A stretch of 55,819 nucleotides of DNA, counting the filler, from Platydemus manokwari (Eukaryota): the NCBI GenBank assembly GCA_037951405.1. It is 5 parts of 5 records of this genome, joined end to end, with 100 filler letters (N's around TTAATTAATTAA, not from the genome) between each part and the next. Parts side by side here need not be neighbours in the genome. Positions count along the whole stretch, not along the records: positions 22,938 to 36,679 come from JBBMOY011632514.1; positions 36,780 to 45,926 come from JBBMOY011292428.1; 3 more parts are not named here. One strand, 5' to 3'. Each line of letters starts with the position of its first letter. Positions within the stretch are counted from its first letter, which is position 1. The position numbers were made by a program, and so were the translations under genes. This document shows, piece by piece, positions 26,150 to 40,391 of the stretch. The notes under the pieces were generated by a model. The model was not told the origin of the DNA. It searched no databases and saw nothing but the letters and a program-made list of their open reading frames with translations.

Positions 26150-27361
26150 GGATAAATGATTAGAATTTATGATTTCTCATGAAACTGCATATGGTGCTGT
26201 TAGACTGATCTGATGTTAAAAATACTTATCAATTTATAATAATCAATTTATAGACTTTGAAATGTATATAAACATATTAGTGCAATTAAATCCGGTTAAT
26301 GATTTGGAAGGGTCAACATATTTATTGTCAATATTATCACTTCACGTTTTAATGTTTTAAACGAACGATTTGATTGTGTTTCATTCGATTGTTTTTAATT
26401 CTTAAAATATTGTTTTCGTATTTGTTTTTCGGTTTTTAAAATTAATATTTTGTTTTTCTTAGTTTTGGACTTTTATTTAGTTCGTTCAATGTAGTTGTGT
26501 GTAGAAAATTTTGGTCATAAATTGTGGTGCTTTTAGATTTTATATAATAATTATTGTTTCCAGTACAATGTACTGAGATGAAAATTTTATCCTAACTAAT
26601 TTCCATACATAATAGTTCCTTGATTTATTACAATGGCAGTTACCAATGAGGATATAAAACAAAGATAACAGATTATTTTTGAGGTTTGGAAAAGCTATTA
26701 CTGAGAAAAACACTACATATTATTCGAATCTTTGGTATCTTTATAATAATACTTATATATAGCTAATATTTCATGATCGTAGTAAATAAAACGAGGACAA
26801 ACTAATGTGTAAACTAATAGTACAAATAACATAGATAAATATTAGTCAAATACATGAAAATTGAGTTGTCTAATCAACGTAACAATAATGTTTACCACTG
26901 ATATTTATATGGACCAGTTTACGTCAATTATAATAATGGTTTAATGAATTCGTGATATTATTATTTTCTTTTATTATTAAAGAAATATTTGGGTTTAAAC
27001 ATAAATTAAATCTCATATCTTCCTGAAAATATTGACAGATGAAAAATGGAATCGGTAATTCAATAAATAAACATTTCTGAAAGGGCATATTTAATGTGAA
27101 TATGTTATTGAAATTCTTATATCAAAATTTCGTAAAATAAACTAAAATTATCTGAAAATATTTGTTTTCTGAGAAAAGTTCGATTGTTATAAGATAACTG
27201 AATTTCTAAATAGCACATCTGAGCAAATTGAGTAGCTTTGAACTCATATAATATTAATGCGAGTTGTCTGATTCTTTTATTTGTCTTTTCAAGTTGAGTA
27301 TATTTTCATCTTAATTTATATCTTCCGTTGTTATTTGTAAATATATTCAATTAACAACATC

Positions 27362-29950
27362 ATCAAAACTTTTCTTGCACTAATAACACAAATGTTGATA
27401 GAGGATAAATGAAATAGAATAGCATGGTCAATAGTAGGAAAAACACTGTGGGCGAAGCATGATTGATGGAAGCAAAGATATTTTTCACAAAAGATGATAT
27501 AGAAATACCGGAAATGAATACAAACAATAATAATAGAAAATATGTTCCACAGGTAGCCACGAGAGAAGCATACCCAGAACTGAATATTAAATTGAATTTT
27601 GTAGACGGGATGAGATGGTATATAAGTAATCAGCGAAAATAATTAAAATAATAATATCCACAACAAAGTCACTAAATGAACATTCAAGGACAACAGAGTC
27701 AGAAGAAAATTAACTAGCAATTTCACAAGGTCCAAAGATAAAAGATAAAAATGAATGTAAGTACATGATAGTAATGGAGTGGGTTTTAAAAAATTAAAAT
27801 TTCACATCACTAATATTAAATGAAATGGAAAATGAATTTTCAAACTTAGAAAAGGTATTAAAAAGTGAAGATATAAAGACAATAAAGCAATGAGGAATAA
27901 TTTTGAATTAAATGATAATGAGAACTGAAAATTTAACAAGAACAAAATGTTTTAATAATTAAGATGATAGATGAAGAACAAAGTAAACAATATGAATAGG
28001 TATCGATGATAGAGAATGAAACTGAAGAAAATTTAATAAATTATTTAGACCCATATAAAACTATTATTATTCAAACAAGAATTGGGGATGAAACCAATGG
28101 AAAACAAAAGAAATTATAAGTTTAGATGTTGATGAAAGAATAGGCTGGTACCAGTAAAACAAGAGCAGATGATACATAAGAGAACAATAAGCTATGGGAT
28201 ACGGTAAAATATTATGACAGTTATTAGGATGAAATATCAATTATGTGCATGTTCTTTAAAGTTCTTGAGAAGGATACAAAACCAACAAGGAATACGTTAT
28301 CTACAATGAATAAATTAAATGAAGACATAAGTATAGGATGAGGAATGGAATGGTTCTCGAGCATCTGATCATATAAAGAAACAGATGAGGTAGGATTAAC
28401 AGCTCTGTATAAAAAGAGCCAATGAAGGGGGAAGTATATTAATGAACCAAAAAATGGATAATTATGAATATGCGACTTTTATATAATAGAATTACCTGAT
28501 ATGACATGTAAAAGGAAATTTATAAACGTACCAATGTTTTGAAAGTAGAAATGCATTAATGAAAAAAATAAAAGACGTGGTAAATGTGAAAATAAGAACT
28601 GCAATAGGAATACTAAAAAATTCATAAGTCAAAGAGTACGAAAATTCATAGAAACAGCGATAAGAAATAAAGATATTCGAGTAAATACTTATTGAAGTAA
28701 ACAGAATTGGAAAGATAATTAATCCATGAAAATCATTTTCAATAGTTTTATAGAGAAATATAGAGCATATGTAAAAAGCACTCACACAAGGGATTATTAG
28801 AATAGATGCTATCACATATACTATTAAGAGATTGACCTGCAAGATAATATGAAGCCACAACATCAAATCACGTGGATTAACAAAACTACATAGAAGAAAA
28901 AATGTATAGAATAAGTTTTAAATTAAATTCAAAAAATTTCCCTGAGTACAAGATATATAATATAGATAAAATGGATCAGATACAACAACAAGGAAAAAAT
29001 ATCAGTATTTGGAAGTACGATGAAAGGGAGAAATTAAAGAAATACGATAGAATTGAACTGATAACAATCACCCAAAGAAAATTAGAGACGAAAAGAAAAG
29101 TTTCAAGTAAATATACAACATCATAAGGGACTGCAATCCACCAAGCATTGAAAATGATATCATAAACATCCATAAAATTGTTAAGAAAATTAATAGAACT
29201 AGATTGGTCAAAAGAGTTAAAGAGAAAAATAAGGTTATAAACGTGCAACAAACAAATGAAAAAATAGAAATGCCTTGGGATGTACATGAAAAAGTAGTAG
29301 ACAATGTAATAACAGTTAAAGATATAAACTCAATAATATACGACGAAGACAATGCAGAACAAACATTACAAGTAAACATCATAAAGAATTTAACGAAAGA
29401 CGAATTCCAAAATATTTGTTTAAACCACAGAAATATCGTTTTAGTAAATATGGCCAATTGATTACAAATAAGTTAAAAGAAAATAAATTTTGATGTGGGT
29501 TCGTATGTTGCAAGATTGCGACATGCTACCTTAGTTCCACAGTAATGGTAACCTATAGGATCTGCAATAAATCGAACTAATTTACAATAATATCTACCTA
29601 CAAAATGAATATAAGTTAAAATAATATTTAATATCATAACAAAAACCGAATTCCTTTGCTGTGAAAATGGGTGCCTATAATGGGACCACATTATTTGAGG
29701 GATGTTAACAACTAAAATCAATACTCAGTCAGCATATAAATTAATAATAACATTTCAAGGGGGAGAAATCTGACATTTGTCTAAGAAGCTCAAAGAAAAA
29801 AGTAGCTGAATAGGAAATTAAAAAATACTACGCCAATGAAGAGTTTTCTGAGCAATCTAATGTCTGAGGAGCATGCAATAATCGACTCAATAAGTAGATC
29901 AAGAAAAGGTCACTAGGATCGGTAAATTAAATCAACCAAAGAAATAGGCT
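27362..29950 (+). mobile_element. Long decayed A/purine-skewed ORF remnant (retroelement- or virus-derived)
   Basis: Strong plus-strand A excess over about 2.6 kb; frameshifted K/E/I/N-rich frames including 28902-29126 and 29204-29461; no introns evident; no diagnostic domain seen. Confidence 0.45.
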
Positions 29951-32282
29951 AGTTATGGAAAGGTTAAGAGAGATAAATAATGAATAAATATTGCTATCTA
30001 CATAAATAAAATTAAAAATAAAATATGGTGATGATAGAGAATCAAAGGTTACCAAAGTTGAATCAGAAATTGTTTACTGGCAACCAGATTTTAAAAAACA
30101 TGACAAAAATAAATTTATTTATTAAAAATTGTCAACTTTTTTAATTTAAATAAAAATGCCCACATTTTCATATTACATTTTTATTTTTTATTTAAAATAT
30201 TTAAATTTTACTTTTAGTAATTTTAATGCTTTTAAAATTGAGAAGTTAGCATTATTTTTAAGCAAGATCATTTTATAAATACTAATATGATATAATTATT
30301 TTTAATATATTTTTTTAAAATATCTTTTAACTCAAATTTTTATAGTTTTTATCTTATGTAAATTTTAATTACTTATCGTATTTTTAAATAATCCTCACAA
30401 TTACAATAATGGGCAATTAGAAATTATGAATGAAAGCACTAATAGTTTTATAAAATACTCCTTGTCCTCAGTAAAATGACTTGTAGAATCTTGGAAATGG
30501 TTCTCGAGAATTTTTCCTCTAAATTACCTGGTGAAATTTATGGCAGAATGTTTTAAAAATTATGGTTCTTTCTTCTAAAGAGGTCATACTCTAATAGGCT
30601 TTTATTTATGTGGGAATCTGCAGAATGACTGACTGTTGATTTTAATCTGCTATATTTAGCGACCCACACCGTTTCTTCTATTTTAAGTCATTAAATGACT
30701 AAATTTGGATACGTCGGTTGGTAATTTCTTTATTTGGAAATAACTTTCACATTTTAATTATCGCTTGAAAAGGTACACAAATATCATCAATATTCTCGAA
30801 ATATCAAATTCAGGATCACATCGATAGTAATATTAATAATATAAAATCAATAATGTCACTCCATGTTATTGAAGTCTCGTAAAAACTAACCAGATAGCAG
30901 CGATTTAACTTTAGCCTTAATGACTTCTTCAATTGAACTTGATCGATGTGAACATATTTCAGTTGTTTCCAATGTCACTCACTTGGACATTGCGCAGCTA
31001 AATACGTGTGCAATGTTCTGCGCAATTTGCCAACTTGTATTGTTATTTTATATCTTGCTATATTTTCTATTTACTTGATCAAATTTTTTCAGTACTAAAT
31101 AAATATTCCTTGTTGGAACAATCAATTTATATCACTTTAAATATTTAGAAAAAAATTCTTTTCCCAATCATTATATCAAGATGAAGTGACTTGAACAAAT
31201 CAAAACCTCAACGACATTTCTAATAGATTTCTTGGTGCAACAGTAAATTGGAATACCACCGACCGTTTCCGTATGCTTGCAAGCTAGTTCTTTAAGTGGG
31301 TATTCTAATACTAACTACGCAGCTAAAGAACAAACTTAATTCTTGGATGTTAAAATAAATTTGTTTTGTTTATTGTGACAGGATGTAAAGTTAAATATAA
31401 CATCGGCATTTCTTTAGTCCTGATTACTTTTATAATTTGTGTTCATTTTTACTTCTATCAATATCTTCATCTACATTTATTAGTTGATGGTAATTACTAA
31501 TTATTATTATTATTATTATTATATATGTTGCATCTCCAACAAATAATTAGCACAAAAAACATAAATAAAGACATAATTCACTTCAAAAATAATAAGAATT
31601 TTTAAGGTTAATAATTACTATTTATAGAGAAATAAAAGTCAATTGCAGTAGTTTTATCAGAAATTGTTATGAATTATAAATTATTGTTATTTCATAATTG
31701 GTAGTACCTTCTAAACTTTGCTGTTATTGCTATTAACTTTTAAAAGGGATTTTTGAATTTGACAGATATTTATTATTTGGTTGTATTTTATTAGAGTTCT
31801 TGATCAGAGAGACTGAAGATTGGAAATTAGGTTATCGTTACTAAGTTTAAAATTCTATGAGAGATATCATTCAACAAAAACTTTTTTCTTAATATTAAAA
31901 TGACAAAGTCATAGAAATATCTGAGCATGCACCATACTTCTTTTTTACTTAAAAATTATTGGAATATATCCTTTGGGAAATAACATGAGTAAAGTCATTC
32001 TTATTTTACTTTTGTTCTATTTTTTGTATAAATACTTAAATTAATATTTATGTTTTTATTTGGTAGAAAATTAAATTAATTTTTATTTAATGAGTATCTA
32101 ATCGTTCAAAATTCAATATATAAGTATTTTCTGTAAATTCTAAAACAATTTTGTTTATATCAACTAATGAAAAAATGACCTTATTTGTTATCGTTGCTTA
32201 TAGAGATTTTTTGCGGTTTTTTGAGACAATCTGGTAAACATTCATTTAATTGCTCATCGATTTTGAAAAATTATTTAGAATC

Positions 32283-33506
32283 ATGTTTAAATCTCACTTG
32301 TCTATGCTAAATGATCCATTTTTCACTAGACCATTGTAGGTTTTTTTTTCATTTAAAATATTAATTGACTTCAGGGATATCGAAACTGGTTTTTCAAATT
32401 TGGAATCGTTTATAAATACACCTCTCGGAAATATGAACCGACCTGCGATTGAGGGATCTCGGTCGAAAAATAGAGACGTTGCCTTGAGAAATGATAATTT
32501 TGGGAATTTATTTGATGATTTTAATTCCCATTTTATGGATATGCATGTATGTTTTTTTGTTAGGCTCTTCACTTGGTGTTTTCCTTAACATTTTTGTGTA
32601 TAAGGATATGTTCAATAAAACTATTGCTTCATTTGATACTAATTTCAACCCTAAAGATCCAAATTCAGCGTTTTATTCGTCTTCGTCGGTCTATTCTTAT
32701 CAAAATGATATGAATTCTAAAGAGCCGCATATATATCAGGTACAGAAATTTTGAATATTCAGCAAGTTTAACTGCTAAACTAGGCCCATAAATCTATTAA
32801 ACAAGGTCCTGGTGGATTGAGAGAAGAACAAAAAGCCGAAAGGGATAGTCGAAGAGCAGAGGAAAAAATGGCTATTGGTCGTTATATTGGTGATCGTGGT
32901 CGAGAAATCGAGAGAAGAAGAAATATTCGAACGGGAGATAAGGAGGAAAATGTTCATTTCCATGGATTAGATGAGTGTGAGTTTCATTATTATAATTTTT
33001 AAAAATTAATTTTTTAATATTCCATGAACTAAAATGTCACAAAGTTAAAATTTAAATGAGAATTGGGAATTTCATAACCTGCAATATAATATAATACATA
33101 TCCGACGAATTTTTTGGTGAAATTTAATAAAATGGCTTCATGTTTTCGTTTAAATGTATCTTATTTTTAATTCTAGAAACTTATATTCAATTTAATTTTA
33201 AAAAATTAACGTTTTGCGTTCCTATGAGACAACGATTTAAACAAATTATATCAATTTGCTTATAAAATACCGAAAAATATCCAATATTTTTTTTCAATCT
33301 GATGAATGTTTTTAGCGGATTCTGGACAATTCGTTGATGAATGGGATCGATTGGCCAATCAATGCTTTAATTTCGGGCCTAAATACGACAGATCGCATCA
33401 AATTCCGGATAACTACCATGTGAAACCATTGAAAGATAAAAGCTCGAAATCTAAAGGTCATTTAGCTATAACTGATGGGAAAAGCCATTCAAGAAAACGC
33501 CATTAA
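32283..33506 (+). CDS. MLF: Myeloid leukemia factor family protein, 5 exons, 247 aa
   Basis: Exons 32283-32335, 32375-32546, 32605-32739, 32784-32976, 33316-33506, GT-AG and in phase. Motifs NDPFF, FYSSSSVYSY, PHIYQA, GPGGLREEQKAERDS..EKMAIGRYIGDRG..TGDKEE, FVDEW. Confidence 0.93.
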
Positions 33507-34896
33507 TTAGTGACATATTTGATTTCATTTTCATAGAACATCAATTTCATTGATTTAATGTTATTCATTTTTAGGGTGTAGAAAATATAATATGTGTTAT
33601 ATTGCTGTATTTTCATATGAAAATGGTACAACATTGATTGCAAATCGTATAACGACATTTATTACAGTGAATTTAATAAATTTGTTTATTTTTTGTTTAA
33701 AAATAAAATCATTATTATATGAATTTTTTGTCTCGGTCAATAATTTTAAATGATGAATTATACTAGTTATATGTAAGCATATATTGGCCATCTATATCAG
33801 GTGTTTAATTTTTTATGTTATTTATTGTTATTTTTATCTAACACATTTGTGAGCATTTCAAAATTTTGGCATTTAATTCTTAAATAATAAATTATTTATG
33901 TATATTAAAAATCGATAATTTGTTTTAATATAGTAGTTAAATTGACTAATGAAGATCGCTTACAAAGCGCATTTAATGAAACGGTGTACCTTATAACATT
34001 ATTATTATGTTGTGATGGATATATTTCGTGGTGATTTTATTAATTTATTTCATTGTCATGGGACAGATTATCATGTTGCACTAACTGTATTTTAAAAATT
34101 ATTAGTTGAGGTCGATTTTTATTTTAAAGAGTTATAATATTGATTGTACAAGTAAATAAATTCACTCAGCATGGATCTTAATTGTATGAGATATGGAAAA
34201 ATGTGTGCAATCATATTGGTTAACCAAAATAATTGAAATAACTTCTCTAAAATTATCTATCAAATTTACATAAAATAGATAATAAAGTAGGCGCATAAAC
34301 CGGCTTGAATAAATTATTGATTTATTAGAGAAAAGTAGTAACGTAGTAGTATTCCCTGTTTTGAAAGAGCAGAAGAACTTCCTACTGCTTTAATGGATGT
34401 TACCGCATAATAATCCAAAATGCTTTTAGCAGAGATTTGGAGATACAAACATAGACCAGTGAGAGAGTTCAATTTAATGCAATGCAAGTCAAATGTTAAT
34501 TGACAAATTATTAATTTCAAACATTCTTTTAACTGTGCCTACATTTTGGTATATAGGTAAAGTTTTTATCTCTCTGTGGATAATGTAATGCATTAAAAAC
34601 GGTTTTATTGAGTTGTGGGATCCTAAAACAATATAATAAGGTTGGATAATTTTATAAAATAATATATAATTAATATAAGTTTATGCCTCCTGTACATTGG
34701 AAGTTAGGTATATTTATACATGATAAGTATATTTAAGTGCTTATATTTATGCATTGGTATTTTAGGGTTGAATTAAAATAAATATTATCTAGCTAAAATA
34801 AACTAATATTGATTACATATAAACAAGTTCTTCTTGAAGCGGTAGGAAATCCCTCACCTCTGTTTTATTTGATTATATAAATATCGCTTTTTGCAG

Positions 34897-35787
34897 TAAT
34901 TCATGATAATGGCTGAGAATTGATTCTACAAACCATGGTTGACCGCGGGACCGAATACTGGAATTTATATTAAGTTAAGCAATCAAATTATCATGTACGA
35001 ACATATTACAATCTTTATTCATAAAGTCCCAACACAAGAACAACATACTTGAATGAGAAATATAACAAATATCGATTTCTTACTTTCAAGCAAAATATTC
35101 ATCTCAAAAATATAAATTATTTTTTATGCAAAATTAGTGATTTAAATTGAATTACTTGGTTATCTAAGCCGGTGATTTCAATAGTTCCTTGTTTACTCGA
35201 TTTTTTTTGTCAATGCACGTACAATCATAACTCGTCTTCTTACTTTATTGTAAGTATCATTGCTTTATCAAAGGTCTCGAGCGAAATACGTCATGATTTC
35301 AATTTTGAATAAGAAGTTAAGTAATTTAATTAATATAATTCCTGTGATAGTTTTCATATTTTGGCAAAGGACACAAATCACGAACAATACGATCTAACAG
35401 TATTAATAATAAACATTTCACATAATTTCAGGCTCAATGAAAAGCAATTTATCAGAAAACTATTTAATATATTGTTTGGACAAATTTTCCCGACAACAGA
35501 AGACAGAAGTATTTAAATTAATTATAATAAAGTTCTAACTATATATATATATATATATACATATAATATTAATTTGTTTAAATAATTTGATTTAAATATA
35601 ATTTTCTGCCTTAAGACTTTTCAATTTGTCTTCAATGTATGCTTCATGAAATAGTAGCGGATCACTTTGCGATCAATATTCTTAATCCGCTTCTGAGAAC
35701 GTAAATGACATGAAACAATAGAACATGAAATGTATAGAAGATTTAAGGAAGATATGTTGGAATTCTTTTCCAGTGAAAATAAAATGG
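34897..35787 (+). pseudogene. Possible decayed spliced gene of unknown family
   Basis: Exon-like blocks with AG/GT borders (e.g. about 35432-35508, LNEKQFIRKLFNILFGQIFPTTEDR), but stops and frameshifts in neighbouring blocks. Confidence 0.25.
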
Positions 35788-36679
35788 GTGACTACTTATG
35801 TAGTTGTGATATTAATATTTTTTCTTATTTTGCCAACTTCGCTCGAATTACGATTCAAGTTGTCACAATTTGTTTCATTGTTTATTCATAATTTCTAATT
35901 GGTTATTCCGTTAGTTAATTCTCGAAACAACTTTATTACTAGCTACATATTTATCATATAATATTAATTAATATAATGTTATTGAATTATTTCTAATAAA
36001 TAATTAATTATAATTATCAATATTAATTATTATTAACTATTATCCATTTTTAATATTACATAAACTGAAACCAGAAAAATTATAATTGAGAAATTGAAAA
36101 AAATTGAAACTTTTAACGTCTTACCAAAGAGTTAACTAAAATTATAAAAAAATACAATTCATATCTGAAACCGATTTTTGAATAAATATGATTGTTGTTT
36201 TATGAAAACAATGGTCTTAGACTTCTTCAGTAACACGTATGGAGACGATATAATTGCAAAAAATAGCTGAAATATCTAAGTGTAGTTGATTATGTTTCTA
36301 TTAACTGTTGCAAACAAGGCTTTGATTCTCGTTTCAGCATAATGAGGTGTCCATTGTCGTTTTGACGTTAAAACTGCAGTATAAATTAATAAATATTTAT
36401 TTAAGAAAAACGAAATTAGACAAATATCAAAACGGCAGGAAGATATTTGGGAAAATTATCTCCATACTGTGCAAACAGATTAATATAAAATATTCACTGG
36501 ATAGTTTTAATAATTTTACAAATGAAAGAAATAATGACCGATTGATATCAATAAAATATTGTATTAACACTTATAATACAGTACTGATTAGCAAAAACGC
36601 ACCACGTGTATATTTTAATTTAGAATTATTTTTAAAACTTACTCAATATAGTTTTAGCATTTATTTATTGATATTTGAA

Positions 36680-36779
36680 NNNNNNNNNNNNNNNNNNNNN
36701 NNNNNNNNNNNNNNNNNNNNNNNTTAATTAATTAANNNNNNNNNNNNNNNNNNNNNNNNNNNNNNNNNNNNNNNNNNNN
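36680..36779. other. Artificial contig linker
   Basis: 44N-TTAATTAATTAA-44N. Confidence 0.97.
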
Positions 36780-37103
36780 ATTTAATATTTGATTACAAAC
36801 AATTAAAATTCTTTTTAAGTACTTAAATAATAAATTAATTTTTTTTAATGAATATAATTAAATAACCTACGTCGATTTTTGTAATAAACTTCGCAAATTT
36901 TAAATTTTATAATTTATTTTTGTTAAAATTTTTAAATTTCATTTTTTATACTGCAAATTAAAGAGCTATTCTTCCATTTTTATCACATTTAGCCTTAGTA
37001 AACTTTCTATGATTTTTTATTTAAAATAGAAGGCTTAATTAGAATCAATAAATTAATTTTTTATCCCAATAATAACTCAAATAAAATTCTTCTAACTCAA
37101 AAA

Positions 37104-38891
37104 TTAATCCGGAAAATTTACACTACACAAATTATTATCCATTTCTTCATTTTTCAATTGAAAATCAAAATCTTCTTCAAAAGTAATTTGATTGGATGAA
37201 TTCAGAGGACATCCTGAACTTTCAAGATTCTCTTCGACATATTTCAAAGGAATTCTTTCCAAAAACATTTGAAATTGTTCAAATTCATAATTAAGAGTAC
37301 AAAAACCTTTTGGATAGCAAGTAATAATAGGTTTCGGAGTGTTTCTTAACAAAAATCTTATTCTTTTGGCCTTTTTGGCCATATATTTTATATAAACATC
37401 GTTTTGAGATGTTTTAAAAATCGGAAACACAGGATCTGCAGCATCAGAGGCACACCCAGAATCGTTTGTAGATATATCAAAGTTGAAAACCGTTGGCTTA
37501 CATTTAGGTTCGTCATCATCATATGATTGGGAAACATCTAACTTAGCGGGAAGACTTTCTACACTTTCTACTGGGGATGCAGAACATACTGAACAACCTC
37601 CAGATTCCGACTTTTGCCCTAATTGTAAAAATGATTGGCTATCATCCATCCAATTAGATATTCCTTCATAGAGTTCACATTGAGCTGGTTCATCGGATCG
37701 ATTCAAAGAGCATTCACCACATTTCCTTTTCTTATTATTAGTATTTGAATTTAAGCAATTGTTTTGATTTTCACATAATAATGCTTCATAATGTTTTCTT
37801 AAAAATATAGACAATGAGTCGATATCACTTTGAAAATTATAAGAGCTCTTTAGTGGTTTGATAGTATCAATAATACTTTTTCTCTGAGATCTTGGTTGAA
37901 ATATTGTAACAAACGACTTCATCAAAGCTTTGGTAACCTCATGACAATCGGAACATGCCAATGACCATCCCTTTATTATATATCCTTCACTGATGAAAGA
38001 ATCAAAAACCGTTCTTACGAGCCATATTTCTTGATTAATTTCGGAATTGTTTGTAGCCTTGATATTGAAAAATTCGCAAAATTCTCGCGGAATATCTGAA
38101 ATTCTAAATGGTGACCAATCTCTGAACAATAATCTTGAACTTATCAAACCGGCAGCAAATATATTTCTTAGATAATCTGTATTAAAATAATTTCCGATAT
38201 TTTTATTTTGTATTGAATTAAGAAGATCAGCAAAATAACCGTGATTTTCTTCTGAGACTAACAAATCCTTAACAATGTCTTCTGGATCTTTGTTTTTGCT
38301 AAACCTAGAATTATCTTCCTGAACTGGAAAAAGTTTCAGTTGACCCGAATCGGTTATAAGGACATTGGTGAGGTAAAATAAATTATTAAGATTGATTTCA
38401 TTCAAATGCTCTACTAGCTCAAATAACCAAATGATAAATTGCAATGCAACATTCTCGATATTGAAAGACCATCTGGTTGAATCCTCTTTATAAATTTGAT
38501 CAATACACGGGTTCTTGTTTTCGTTTGAAAAATAAATGCCCGGTGATTTGAAAGGATATCTTATCAGTGTAATATAATCATCCAATGTGCAAAAGCAGTC
38601 TTCAAAAACAAGCCACGTTACGGTAGAATTTTCTTGCGCAACCAATTCTTGAGTAAGCTTCAAAATCAATTCACTGTCACAAAACGGTTTGCATTTGATT
38701 TGTTGAAGAACTTCATTCTTATACGAAGAAAGAATTGATTGAAGCGTGACATGTTTCAATGTCTGACTTTGAAGTACGAAAATCAAGCACGAATACTGTC
38801 CTATTATATTGATATGTTTAATTTTGAAAAGAGTGTCATTGTTGGAGCTATTCAAAATGGATTCATAATTTAGATGAATGTCTGAATTCAT
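37104..38891 (-). CDS. Intronless 595-aa divergent protein-kinase-like protein (pseudokinase)
   Basis: 1.8-kb intact ORF. WLVFEDCFCTLDDYI resembles the hinge/subdomain V, LTNVLITDSGQLKL subdomains VIb-VII, and NIFAAGLISSRLLFRDWSPF subdomain IX. No GxGxxG, HRD or DFG. Confidence 0.7.
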   Translation of the reverse strand: MNSDIHLNYESILNSSNNDTLFKIKHINIIGQYSCLIFVLQSQTLKHVTLQSILSSYKNEVLQQIKCKPFCDSELILKLTQELVAQENSTVTWLVFEDCFCTLDDYITLIRYPFKSPGIYFSNENKNPCIDQIYKEDSTRWSFNIENVALQFIIWLFELVEHLNEINLNNLFYLTNVLITDSGQLKLFPVQEDNSRFSKNKDPEDIVKDLLVSEENHGYFADLLNSIQNKNIGNYFNTDYLRNIFAAGLISSRLLFRDWSPFRISDIPREFCEFFNIKATNNSEINQEIWLVRTVFDSFISEGYIIKGWSLACSDCHEVTKALMKSFVTIFQPRSQRKSIIDTIKPLKSSYNFQSDIDSLSIFLRKHYEALLCENQNNCLNSNTNNKKRKCGECSLNRSDEPAQCELYEGISNWMDDSQSFLQLGQKSESGGCSVCSASPVESVESLPAKLDVSQSYDDDEPKCKPTVFNFDISTNDSGCASDAADPVFPIFKTSQNDVYIKYMAKKAKRIRFLLRNTPKPIITCYPKGFCTLNYEFEQFQMFLERIPLKYVEENLESSGCPLNSSNQITFEEDFDFQLKNEEMDNNLCSVNFPD

Positions 38892-40391
38892 TTGTTTTCC
38901 ATATATTAATTTATTATTTTATTGATTCAGTATCTAAGCGTCAATTTGTATATTGAAACCAACTTACCACATGCCAACGTCACTGAAGTAAAAATGTCAT
39001 GCTTATTTTATGTCGGTATGATTATTATAAATCAAATATAATTTTAATATTTTCCTGTTCCTACTTATATAGTGAATATTTTATGCGTAAAATTAGATTC
39101 AATTAACCTGTATTGAAATATTCGGCAAAACTTTATCGAGAGATATTGTCAATAAAAACTTAAATCAATAAAGTATTTGACTCTTATAATCTCAACGTTA
39201 AACCTGTTGAAGGTTGAAAAAATGTTGAAAGTAATGGTTTTTATTATCGATTTTAAGGATTTTTAGGGAGGCAGAGATTTGTCAAAATTTAATAATTATT
39301 ATTTCTGCTTCCATTAAGAATACTAATTAAAAACTTAATGAAAAACCTCTCATTGTACTTATGACACCTTATTAACGTTCTTATTAAACTCTCGGTTTGT
39401 CCCGCAACACCAAAAGTGATAACAGTGCTTATCAACTACTAAAGAAAGATAAAGATAATGTTAATGGGTTTTGTTGCGTTGTACGTTTCTGAATAATAAA
39501 TATTAAAATGATTTTTGCTATAATTTATTGGCTGACACCTTGTAGGGTCTCAGTGAAATGGATTAAAAATCCGAATGACAAATATAACTGAAAAATGATT
39601 TCTTTAATAGAAAATAGGAGTATGTTCATAAAGTAGTTCGACACCAAAATATTATTTAAGGAAATAAAAACAACGAAAATGAAATTCTACAAGATTAGTA
39701 AAAACACAAATTTTGTCGTTGTTAAAATCCTAAAAAGTGCAGTGACACTTGGTAATTTTTGAATTAAAACAACTGGTAAAATGATATTAGAGCATTTATT
39801 TTTAGCTCAAATACACCTGGAAAAGAATACTATCGACCTTAGGATATCAAATCTGACTCTGATAATTTCCCTTAATTACAATCTTTGTAATCATTCAAAT
39901 CCATCAATTCTAGTTCATGATAAATTAATGCGTGCCGCACATGAATACTAATATTAGTAAAGTTGATTTGTAAAAACAAAGAAATGCATTTTCCCGAAAT
40001 ATGTCCAGCATAATAATTATTAACAATTTCACATAATATCCTCAGAAGTAAATTTCCCAATTTAAATCTGATCAGATAATCAAATTAGATAAACAAATAC
40101 CAAGTGTTATTAGCGTAGAGATATTTTTAATTGATATATTTGTTGGTTTCGTTATTTAAAATCCGAATAACATTTTCACAAATCTGCAACCCATAATCAA
40201 AGTTCACCAAGTACTGCAAAAAAGCAATTTTTACCAATCGTTGGTTGGAAAATTTATTTATAAACATACAAATGACCTTCACAGACTCGCTTACAAATAA
40301 CAACAAATCAAAATTCGTTTTAAGGACTAACAAAATCAATCAAAAAAAACTAAATAAAAAATAAAACAAATGAAAAATCAACTAAGCAATC

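Noticed and set aside
27363-29721. Hydrophobic minus-strand ORFs as membrane proteins
   Set aside because: Reverse complement of A-rich DNA gives F/I/L-rich frames; the plus strand is the more plausible coding strand.
34930-34975. Integrase-like VDRGTEYWN
   Set aside because: Short isolated match closed by a stop; no other catalytic residues or flanking domains.
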